A stretch of 64,000 bases of DNA, taken from Naegleria gruberi. Its lineage: Eukaryota. A model generated the notes under the pieces. It was given only the letters and a program-made list of their open reading frames with translations. It had not been told where the DNA came from and did no database searches. Below, piece by piece: positions 35,801-45,236 of the stretch. The stretch lies in the NCBI GenBank assembly GCA_000004985.1, contig GG738847.1; one strand, 5' to 3'. Both the position numbers and the translations under genes were made by a program. Positions within the stretch are counted from its first letter, which is position 1. Each line of letters begins with the position of its first letter.

Positions 35801-35865
35801 TTTTTTTAAATTACTTAAGTAAACATTTTTTATTAATTATTTAAATTATTTAATATTTAGGAATA

Positions 35866-38424
35866 TTAATTAGCAATGGAAGGTGTGGAGCTAGTATTTG
35901 AACGGTAAGTTGATTTAAAATTTGGAATTGAAAGAAATCTTCTCTTGATCCAATCTGTGAGTTGATCGTAATTTTCAAATTGATTTTTCATTCCACACTG
36001 GGTCATTACTTGATTCCATTCCTCAATGGAGAGCAAATCAATTAATTTGGTGAGAGAATCAATTGCAGATAGCCTCCATTCAGTTCTATATTGATCCCTA
36101 ATTGTGGCATTGTATTTGGAACGAATAGTTTTAAGAACGAGATGCATGGTATTGATTCGTTCCTGGATTGACATTTCACAATTTTCAAATTGGTACTTGA
36201 CATATAATTTAACATGAGAGATGTTTCCACTTTCCAATAGAGAAATGATTACTCTCAAATAATAGTATCTTCTGAGAGAATTATTTCTGGAATAGGCACC
36301 AGAAACAAATTCTAGCAAATCATCAATTTGTCTCAATCTTGGTTTGATAGCATAATTTTGAATTAATATTCTCAAATCTAATCGACATGTATCAGATGCT
36401 ATGAGTTTGGATTGTTTGTTTTGTAAAAAGTGTGGAATGCTGGAATCAGAAGAAGAAAGAAAAGATTCTTCATCCATTGACCTAGTTCCATACCTTAAAT
36501 GCCTAGCTGTAGATTGTGGCATGTACCAATCGGCCTTGCTTGTCTTACTCTTCGATTGTTCTTCATTGAGTTTTCCCATAACACTGTAACTTGTCAGTAT
36601 GTATTTGTCAAATGATCTCTCCATTTGTATAACCAGATATTCAAAAATCATGGTTTGGGTTGAAATATTCTTCTCTTTAGTAGTGTCAAATAGAGGATTT
36701 TCATGTAAATTCTTCTTCCAATCAATTAGAGAAGATTGATTATTCTTCTCAAATGCTTTGATAGACTCAAGAAGTGGAATATTAGTTGCTTTGAAAGTGG
36801 TTGGTATATTATCAGTTCCAATATTAACTGTATGATCTATTGTCATCATGGTGTTCCATATAAAATCGTGATAAATTTTCCATACAATATTGAGGAATGG
36901 TATATCAAATACGAGTGGCTCTCGAATGATTCTGTCACATATTTTAATAGCATCTTCATACTTGGCATTATTAGCCAAGTAGGTAAGAATGATGGTGAGA
37001 GTAGAGACATTAATTTGTACACCATTTTCCTCAAATTTAGTCAAAGTTTTTAGTGCATCTGCTTCTTTGCCATGTTTTAACTGTAAATTCAAAAATATAT
37101 TTAAAATTCTAGTACTACATTTGATATTTAACTTGTTAAGGAATATGTCAAACAGAGTCGATACTTGTTCATAGGTCATTAAACTAGATGCCTTTGACTC
37201 GGATCTGAATAGGTCTCTAATATTTATAGGTGAAATAATATGAACATAATTACTCTTATTAGTTATGTTTTCTTGAATAATATCAATTAGTATCCTCAAA
37301 TGGTCTGGCTTATTAGATTCCGACAGATAATAAATTAATAAATTAAAACACCTTTGGGATGGTCTCTTAATGAGCTTGTATACCTCATAAACTTGATCAT
37401 AGTATTTACACTCCCCAAATATTGTCAATAATTTGTGTGCAATCTCATAAACATGCGAATTGCTAAAGAAATGTGACTCAGTATGATCATTTGCCAAACA
37501 AGTAATAAATGGAAGAATTAATCTATCACTTTCTTGCTTTACCAAAAGATAGGCCGTTTCATATTTTCTTCCTTCAATTAAAAGTTCCAAAATAATATCC
37601 AGTGAATAAATATCCATAATATAATAATCACTATTAGACATTCCAACAACAAATGATAAACATTGTTGCATGGATGAATCATTGGTAAAATCATCCTGTC
37701 TGAAAATATCCAACAAGAGTTGAAGGGAAGGAGCAGAAGGTGAAGAATTTCCTTCATTATTATTAACAGCTTCAAACAGTCTTTTTCCATATTCTTCCTT
37801 CATTGAATTAATAGATAATCTCACAAGAAATGATATTCCTTTTTGAGTGATTGGATCACAAATATTTTTCTTATTCCATGAATTATCCTTTGTGTAATCT
37901 TTCAGAAATATTAAAATCTTTTGAATTTTTAAATATTCTTTGGTTTGATCAAAATGGCAAAGAAGAGTATCACAAATCTTGGCAATTGACAATACTGTAT
38001 ATTTTTCCGAGTTTTCATCATGTTCTTCATATATGAAATCAAATAGATCCTTCCCTTTTTCTAATAAAAACAATGCTTTGTGATAGTTTCCTCGATCCAA
38101 TTGTTCAAAAATTGGATTAAAATTATTAGCAATTTGTGTTAATTTTTTTAAATTAATTGCCATATCATTTGATAAATTAGTATTAGATGAAATTATTTTC
38201 AATGATTTCCTAGATGTTGAATGATTAAATTTCTTTGATGTTGAAATAATAACCTCCTCATGTAGTTTAATTCTGTTTCTTTTCTTTTTTTCTTCCACAT
38301 TTTGTGTAAATGATGATTCCTCATGATATGTAAATCCGCTTCCGAAGGAGGAACTATATTTTCTATATCCTGTTGGGGTCACAGAAAATGTCTTGTGTAG
38401 AAAAGGAAGAAGCTGTTTTTTCAT
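35866..38424 (-). CDS. Large helical-repeat protein (852 aa), putative mitochondrial (PPR/TPR-like)
   Basis: N-terminus MKKQLLPFLHKTFSVTPTGYRKYSSSF looks like a mitochondrial presequence. The remainder is long alpha-helical repeat-like sequence. No firm family assignment. Confidence 0.45.
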   Translation of the reverse strand: MKKQLLPFLHKTFSVTPTGYRKYSSSFGSGFTYHEESSFTQNVEEKKKRNRIKLHEEVIISTSKKFNHSTSRKSLKIISSNTNLSNDMAINLKKLTQIANNFNPIFEQLDRGNYHKALFLLEKGKDLFDFIYEEHDENSEKYTVLSIAKICDTLLCHFDQTKEYLKIQKILIFLKDYTKDNSWNKKNICDPITQKGISFLVRLSINSMKEEYGKRLFEAVNNNEGNSSPSAPSLQLLLDIFRQDDFTNDSSMQQCLSFVVGMSNSDYYIMDIYSLDIILELLIEGRKYETAYLLVKQESDRLILPFITCLANDHTESHFFSNSHVYEIAHKLLTIFGECKYYDQVYEVYKLIKRPSQRCFNLLIYYLSESNKPDHLRILIDIIQENITNKSNYVHIISPINIRDLFRSESKASSLMTYEQVSTLFDIFLNKLNIKCSTRILNIFLNLQLKHGKEADALKTLTKFEENGVQINVSTLTIILTYLANNAKYEDAIKICDRIIREPLVFDIPFLNIVWKIYHDFIWNTMMTIDHTVNIGTDNIPTTFKATNIPLLESIKAFEKNNQSSLIDWKKNLHENPLFDTTKEKNISTQTMIFEYLVIQMERSFDKYILTSYSVMGKLNEEQSKSKTSKADWYMPQSTARHLRYGTRSMDEESFLSSSDSSIPHFLQNKQSKLIASDTCRLDLRILIQNYAIKPRLRQIDDLLEFVSGAYSRNNSLRRYYYLRVIISLLESGNISHVKLYVKYQFENCEMSIQERINTMHLVLKTIRSKYNATIRDQYRTEWRLSAIDSLTKLIDLLSIEEWNQVMTQCGMKNQFENYDQLTDWIKRRFLSIPNFKSTYRSNTSSTPSIAN

Positions 38425-38579
38425 TTTTTTAGAATGCTATTCTTTCAAGAAATTTCTTTGTTGCATTTAATGAGTTTCTTTTATTGAACAAAATTTCTAC
38501 AAGATATTCTGATCACAAAATAACTCGACCTAGGTTTTCTACAGTTCACAGCAAACATTTAGCCGTTTCATTGATTTAT

Positions 38580-39806
38580 CTAATCAACACGACCATAAAC
38601 TCTTCCATAAGCTTTCCTTAAATCTTGGTATCTTTGTTTTAGTTCCTGTTCCTTACTTCTTGAAACTACATTAGTTCTTTCAACTGGTGCTTCCTTTTTA
38701 GGTGGTGCACTCCTTTGAGGTGGATAATCTGACTCGGAATCACTCTCCTCTTTCTTATAGGAATCTACCACTGATCGTTTTGAAGAGTGGTTCTTTTGAG
38801 ATGATTTTGGTTTTTCTTCCAACATTTCATTCTCTGATTCTGTTGATAAAAATTCAGTAGAGTGGGTTTCCTTCCTGAAAACTGGAGAATTGATGGCAGT
38901 TCTCTTTGAAAGAACTACTAATTGAGGTTGCTCTCCCTCTGTATCAGAGGACGACGCGGATGACATTACAATTCTATCCCTCGATCTTTCCCTCGAGTCT
39001 GGTTCTTCCTCAGGTTCTGGCTTCTGTGAAGCAAGATCTTTGAACTTTTTCTGGAGGTATGCAGTCTTCCTTCTGTATCTTTCTTGAATGTCTCTAAGCT
39101 CGGTTAATCTCTCCTCGAATATCTTCAGTTTTGTTTCATGAAGTGTAAAAAGCTCCTCTATTGACTTTTTTTGAGAACTAACATTTTCTTCAATGTTGTC
39201 CACTCTGTGTCTTAATGAACTGTACTTTTTGGCCTGGGTTGTTACTTGTAAATCCATTTCCTTCATCATTTCTTCAACAGAAACAATTTTCTTTTCTATA
39301 GCATGGTTTTTGCTCTTTTGCTGGTCGTACAATAATTGATACTTGTTGAAGAGTGTCTCGTACTTTTTCAATTGTTCTTGATATTGACTTGTTGTTGAAG
39401 AGGACCTCATTGGAATACTCTCGGCATTGTTGTTACTATTACTGGAAGCTGTTTTTGAAACATTATGGGATGACGAAGAAGGTCTGGGTATTGTTACAGT
39501 GTTTGTCCTAGATGGTGTTTGTTGAGAATTACTGCTCAATGATTTACGAACGGGAGAGCTTGATTTTGATCTTTTAGGTTTCTTCTTTGTCGTATTTCTA
39601 GATGATGATTTGTTGTTTTCATTTCTTTGAGCCATTGTCTGATTGTACCTAGCACTGGATGAAAAAGTTGGTTGTGTGAGTCTTGATTGCTGTTGTTGCT
39701 GTTGTTGTTTGGTCGATGATGAGTGAGTGGTTGTCGATGGAACTGCTGCATTCAGTAAGGGAGATGAGTATGCCTTACCGCCCATCAACACACTCTTTGT
39801 TTTCAT
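38580..39806 (-). CDS. Coiled-coil protein with Ser/Thr/Gln-rich N-terminus (408 aa)
   Basis: Poly-Q (QQQQQQQ), S/T-rich low complexity, and a central heptad-like region (LKKYETLFNKYQLLYDQQ...LTELRDIQERYRRK). Confidence 0.45.
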   Translation of the reverse strand: MKTKSVLMGGKAYSSPLLNAAVPSTTTHSSSTKQQQQQQQSRLTQPTFSSSARYNQTMAQRNENNKSSSRNTTKKKPKRSKSSSPVRKSLSSNSQQTPSRTNTVTIPRPSSSSHNVSKTASSNSNNNAESIPMRSSSTTSQYQEQLKKYETLFNKYQLLYDQQKSKNHAIEKKIVSVEEMMKEMDLQVTTQAKKYSSLRHRVDNIEENVSSQKKSIEELFTLHETKLKIFEERLTELRDIQERYRRKTAYLQKKFKDLASQKPEPEEEPDSRERSRDRIVMSSASSSDTEGEQPQLVVLSKRTAINSPVFRKETHSTEFLSTESENEMLEEKPKSSQKNHSSKRSVVDSYKKEESDSESDYPPQRSAPPKKEAPVERTNVVSRSKEQELKQRYQDLRKAYGRVYGRVD

Positions 39807-40070
39807 TTTTTTATGCTTTTGAAAATTGTTTTTTGAGCGGGAAAAGTGTTACAGTGGCGCCACAAAATTTTGATGGGTTGCTGAGGTTTCTAATGACCAT
39901 CATCATTGAAGTTTTTTCAGAAAGGAATGTATTATTTTGAATTAAACTAATGATACATCATACGTTATTCTTTTGGAAATTTGTTGTTAATGGCAAATGG
40001 ATTGAAAGTGTAGTTGAAGAGATTGAAGGCATTATGACGTGCTGATTGCAAAATAACAATCAAATAAAAC
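39807..40070. promoter_or_regulatory. Divergent intergenic region between the coiled-coil gene (-) and the RCC1-like gene (+)
   Basis: 264-bp spacer between two head-to-head ATGs. Confidence 0.3.
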
Positions 40071-41627
40071 ATGTCTATTCGATTGAGTGGACGTTGGAAT
40101 AGTGAATTATTGAATTTGCATCTACAACAATCTCAACCTAATTCTCGGAATGATCAATCCAATAATTTGGGAAGAGTTATAAATTTGAAACATGCTTTGA
40201 ATGGAAGAAACATCAAGGATATTTCCTTGGGAGTGTATCATATGCTAATATTGACAGGTTTGTAGTTCTCCATTGATTTCAAAGTGGTTAATTGAACAAC
40301 ATGACAGACCAAGATGATATTCTGGTGGCAGGTACTAGTTTACCAATTAATGAAAAAAGTTTCCAACTCGTCCAAATTCAAGATCCAAAGAATGAGAGTA
40401 ATATTTATTTTCCCATTTATAAATTTACTCCCTCACTCTCGTCCTCACAAACACTATTTCAATCTCCACAAATAGCATGCGGTCCAGAATTCTGTATCTT
40501 TACCCAATCAGTTAAGGAAGGTAAAAATTATAGGCATTACCTTAATTTGTTTGGGTGGGATAGTAAGAAAGTATTCGATTCTCGTAGGAATACTACTAGA
40601 AACTCCCTTACAGATATTTTGCAAGGATTACTTCTCAAAAATATGATAACAGAGGAAATTCCAACAACATGTGAAGGAGATACAATTAGTCAAATAGTGT
40701 GTGGTGGAGACTTTTGGATGATTGTCATGAATAGGAAGAAGATATTCGGAAAGGTATGTTGTTGAATTTGATAAATAATATCACAACTATTCAAAGGGAT
40801 ACAATAGAGATGGTGTGCTTGGGTTAGGACACAAGAATGATTGTAAGAAAATTACAATCCTCCCTTCACAAGACATGTTCCAATGCGAGTATGATACAAT
40901 TAAGAAGGTTTCTTGTGGGCTTCACCATGCAATATTTGTCATTTCTAACCTGTTAAATTCCTCAATTCAAGTATTTACCAGTGGTGACAATAGATTTGGT
41001 CAACTTGCACATAATAATAGCAAGTTCCAAACCAAATTTTCCAAGAGTGAATCTCTAACCAATCTCATTCAGACAAACGGATTTAGAGATGTTTGTTGTG
41101 AATATCAATCTACATGGTTATTAACATCAAATAATAAGTTGTTTGCCTGTGGTCTTTTAAGTTACTCTTCGACCAATCAGTCAGTTCTACGTAAGGTACT
41201 CGTTCCTATTGAATTTAAAGTTCCATACTCGAGCTCATTGTTGTCCAATGGTTTATCTCCAAAAACATCATTTCACTTTGGATGTGGAGGATTCCATTCT
41301 GTTTTCTCCAATCATCGAAGTGATTCAATAGTAGGTATTGGAACTAACACGTGTGAGCAGCTCTTCCCTCACCAAAGTACTACAATCCAAGAGCATCAGA
41401 AGAATACTCCACCAAGTACAGTTGGAATGACAGTTGCAGTGAGCAAGCTAACTTCCATGCAACAAGAAAATAGTCCAGAGAAAATGATATTGAAGAAGAT
41501 ATTATGCTCTCGTGACTGTTCGTTCATGGTATTTGAACCATTACCTGCTATCCAGGGATTGCATGAATATTTAATCAAATCCAATAGAAAACTATCCGAT
41601 GTAGTGTTGATTACTTCCTCTTGCTGA
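40071..41627 (+). CDS. RCC1-like repeat protein (exons 40071..40257, 40308..40753, 40797..41627)
   Basis: RCC1-type blades: ISLGVYHMLILT, GYNRDGVLGLGH, VSCGLHHAIFV, GDNRFGQLA, FGCGGFHSVF. Introns of 50 and 43 nt (GTTTGT..GACAG phase 1; GTATGT..CAAAG phase 0). Confidence 0.7.
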
Positions 41628-42137
41628 GATGATGGTGATATTATTAATAAAAGCAATTCCACAGAAAATCCATCAAAATTATTATAGTTTTGATAAATAC
41701 TTGCTAGTGATAACAAGAATTAAATAATAGGATCAGAAATCTGTCTTGAACACAGAGGTTTGTTTTCATGGTTAAGTTACCGATCAACAACACGGACCAA
41801 TAAATTATCATCATCAACTTTCATTATTGGCATAACTCGTGGTAAAGATGCAATGTTGAGTTAAATTTTTTATTTTGGTTTTGAAAATATTCCAATTTAT
41901 CAAATTAATCAGCTCATCACACACCAAGAACAATTAATTTCAACTGAATATTAGCACTTCATCACAATTAATCATAAACAACAATATTGATGATTTGTAT
42001 TTTAGAAATTTTATGTTTAATAAATATTTATTTTGAAAAAGCTTAGGAACTATAAAGTTCGGTTTACAATGAGAATGCTCCACTACTAATGGAACAAATT
42101 ATATATTTACAAGAATCGCAAATTACCATTATCTAAT

Positions 42138-42554
42138 TTATGTTCTTTCACCTCTAATTCTCTTGGCCAATTGCATATCCTTTTGCATGATAGTAACTCT
42201 CTTGGCGTGAATAGCACACAAGTTAGTATCTTCAAAGAGGGAAACAAGGTAGGCTTCGGAAGCTTCTTGGAGAGCCAAGACAGCATTAGATTGGAAACGC
42301 AAGTCAGACTTGTAGTCTTGAGCAATTTCTCTGACCAATCTTTGGAATGGCAACTTTCTAATCAACAATTCAGTAGACTTTTGATACTTTCTGATTTCTC
42401 TCAAAGCAACAGTACCTGGCTTATATCTGTGTGGCTTCTTCAAACCACCAGTTGATGGTTGTTTGGCAGACTTTCTAGCAGCTTTAGAGGCCAATTGTTT
42501 TCTTGGTGCTTTACCACCTGTAGACTTTCTGGCAGTTTGTTTGGTTCTAGCCAT
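42138..42554 (-). CDS. Histone H3 (138 aa; 2-residue KQ insertion in N-tail)
   Basis: [82 protein letters not shown]...IRGERT. The track ORF extends upstream as an artefact; the real ATG is at 42554. Confidence 0.9.
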   Translation of the reverse strand: MARTKQTARKSTGGKAPRKQLASKAARKSAKQPSTGGLKKPHRYKPGTVALREIRKYQKSTELLIRKLPFQRLVREIAQDYKSDLRFQSNAVLALQEASEAYLVSLFEDTNLCAIHAKRVTIMQKDMQLAKRIRGERT

Positions 42555-43193
42555 GTTGTTGTATTTTTTTCGGTTAGTTGTTCTATGATCTGGAAAGTAG
42601 AACGGAAAGGTAGCATTTATGAGGTGGTAAGATTTTCGACTTTCATGTAACGGTTTTGCAGGGCATTTTTCGTCATTAGAGTTTTCGAGCCGCTTTTCTT
42701 TCCAAGCGCAAGTGGATGCGCATTTTTGGTAGTTGTTACAATAAAATTTCTGACCAATCGTTTCAATAGAGACTGTTGTAAAGCGATTAACAATTATTTT
42801 CGTCATTTGAACATTTGGAGCCATCACAAAAATTTGTCATTACCCATTAGAATGCTCCTTCAATCGTGACCATGATGTGTTTTCACATCAAGTTGGACAA
42901 TATTCATCATCTCTTGAATATTTTCATGGAATTTAATATCTAATTATCATAACACCACAGTGTTGGATCGGAAAGTTCTTGGTCTCAACAAATAAGAAAG
43001 CCCTTCATTCACACTCACTTTAGGAGCATATAATAATGTGAAGATTCTCCAAACCAACTTTCTGTGAAGACAATTTTCATTGTATAATCTTCTCTTCTAT
43101 CGTTTCAAACAGGAGAAGAGGTTAAGTCCTTTTTTGTGTAACCCTAGTATTATACACGTAATATGATGAGCAAATTTTCATTGTGAATGTGAA

Positions 43194-43266
43194 GGGGATG
43201 TAGCTCACATGGTAGAGCGCTTCTTTAGCATGGAAGAGGTACGGGGATCGATACCCCGCATCTCCA
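43194..43266 (+). tRNA. tRNA-Ala (anticodon AGC), 73 nt, no encoded CCA
   Basis: Cloverleaf GGGGATG/TA/GCTC-ACATGGT-AGAGC/G/CTTCT-TTAGCAT-GGAAG/AGGTA/CGGGG-ATCGATA-CCCCG/CATCTCC/A. G3:U70 alanine identity pair. Followed by a T-run. Confidence 0.9.
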
Positions 43267-43426
43267 CTCAATTTTTTACCTACTTTTCAACATTTTCACA
43301 ATTTCTATTAGTAATTGTAGACTGTTCTTATTCTTGTTTCTTAACCTTTTCAAAATAAAGTACTGCAACCTAATTGTTATCTTCAAAACTCACTTCAACT
43401 CAATCAAAACAACTTCAAACAAAAAA

Positions 43427-44551
43427 ATGGGCGGAAACACAATCTCCAAAGTTACCAAAACACTTCCGAAAAATCCTGCCTCTGTTTTGCAAGAAGCAAA
43501 AGCTTCTCGTGCAGTAGCAAACAATGCTGCCAGTACATCATTTTCTTCTCCAACATCTTCATCTAAATTTTCCAAGAGAGAAGAGGAAGATAAATGGATG
43601 GAAGACCAAGCAACCAGAGTAGTCGGAGATGAACATAGAAAAGTAAGACTTGTTGGATATAATCTTCCTGGAGAGGATGTAAAATATGTTTCACGAGAGG
43701 ATTATGATGTCATGGAGGAATGGAATAATCTTGTAAAGGAGCAAGGAGTTAAAGGATTGGAACAAGTTGAAAGGGAAATGAAGGAAATGAACGATATCAA
43801 TGTTGAAGAACGTAAATATTGGGAAGAACAACAATTGAAGGAAGAATATAAAATTTCCTCTGGTGTTGCAGCAGATGAGAGCCCTGACGAATCAAATGTT
43901 AAATTAACACCAGAACAAGAATTATTAATGAAATTATCTGGAAATGCACAAGTGAAGGATTTGACAGATTCAGACAATAATAAGGAGGATGAATATGAAA
44001 AATTAGTGAGTCAAAACAAGGATGATGATTTCGTGCATCACTTACAAAATATTACTTCAACTTTCAAAGTACAAACTAATGAAGTTGAGGAAACAACAAA
44101 TACTGATTATACTAATGTAGTGGGTAAAGCTCGTGCTCGTCCATTATTCGAAGATATTCACAATGATTCTGGAAGAGTTTATTTACCACACAACAATCAA
44201 CTCAATGCTGGTGAAGATAAGGAAGAACTTGCAAGAGGAATTATAACAAGTATATCCGGTAATAATAATCCAAGAGCTGTAAGAGGTAGATTCTATCCTG
44301 ATACAGTCAAAGATGTGGAATTGAGAAAATTCTGTGATTTGAAGAGGGAATTGGAATATGCCAATACAGAACAATCGAATAAGGATGCTGAAGCTCTGCT
44401 CAAAGATTTTGCCTCACAACAAGCCATGAGTGAAGAAACATTGAAGAGTATTTTGAAATATGTAAATAGTGTGTATGTTTATTCTCCTTCTCAAAATCTT
44501 GAAAGAGATGGAGAATCGTATGGATTTTGGAATAAAATTGAAAGGCAATAA
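43427..44551 (+). CDS. Hypothetical acidic protein with N-myristoylation consensus (MGGNTIS)
   Basis: In-frame ATG at 43427 within ORF 43334..44551. Glu/Lys-rich central region. No recognised domain. Confidence 0.5.
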   Translation: MGGNTISKVTKTLPKNPASVLQEAKASRAVANNAASTSFSSPTSSSKFSKREEEDKWMEDQATRVVGDEHRKVRLVGYNLPGEDVKYVSREDYDVMEEWNNLVKEQGVKGLEQVEREMKEMNDINVEERKYWEEQQLKEEYKISSGVAADESPDESNVKLTPEQELLMKLSGNAQVKDLTDSDNNKEDEYEKLVSQNKDDDFVHHLQNITSTFKVQTNEVEETTNTDYTNVVGKARARPLFEDIHNDSGRVYLPHNNQLNAGEDKEELARGIITSISGNNNPRAVRGRFYPDTVKDVELRKFCDLKRELEYANTEQSNKDAEALLKDFASQQAMSEETLKSILKYVNSVYVYSPSQNLERDGESYGFWNKIERQ

Positions 44552-45236
44552 TCTGAAAAGGGGTTCCAATTCTTATCAATATTATAAGGTGCATTTCTAC
44601 TCCTTAAATTAATTATACGAAACAAAACAATGGCCAAAGTCAATCCACCATCTATAATAAAAGAGGAAGGTAAAAGTTACTGATATCAGAAGCCTGGCTC
44701 CTTTTTTTCAATTTCGTAGATTATAACAATGCCAATTGAGGTCAGAATAGCAACCCGAGTCTAAAAACAACTACATTACCAACGATGATCGTTCTAAATG
44801 TCCCTTGTCATCAATAAACAAAAAAAAGCAACAACAATTTCCAAGTTGTGTGAATGTTTGTGAAATAACATGTCAAGACACAAACAAGCAATAACTTCAC
44901 AAGATCTTCGAGATGGCAATGACCACAATATAACAACTCCAACTGCACAGAATCAAATCACATCCAATGATGATGAGGAAAATAATGTTGTGGAATTTTC
45001 ATCCGAATCATCCATAACCAATATCAACAACCAAAATTCCAACCACAACATTATCTGCCAATAACAAGTCAACCACAACAAAAACTCGAACCAGTCATAC
45101 TGCTAGGAGACTCTCTCGAATCTATCGATCCTCACCATCCTCACCATCAGTAGTAGTTGTACAGAGTGGTACTGCTGAAAACTATCATCAGGATAATTCC
45201 TTTGCTGTTGAAGAGAATACAGATGATCCGAATGTT

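Noticed and set aside
44870-45064. 64-aa Asn-rich ORF with ATG upstream of the RGS-TM gene
   Set aside because: It cannot be joined to the 45237 ORF by a canonical intron in frame. It is kept only as a possible uORF or 5' exon mention, not as a feature.
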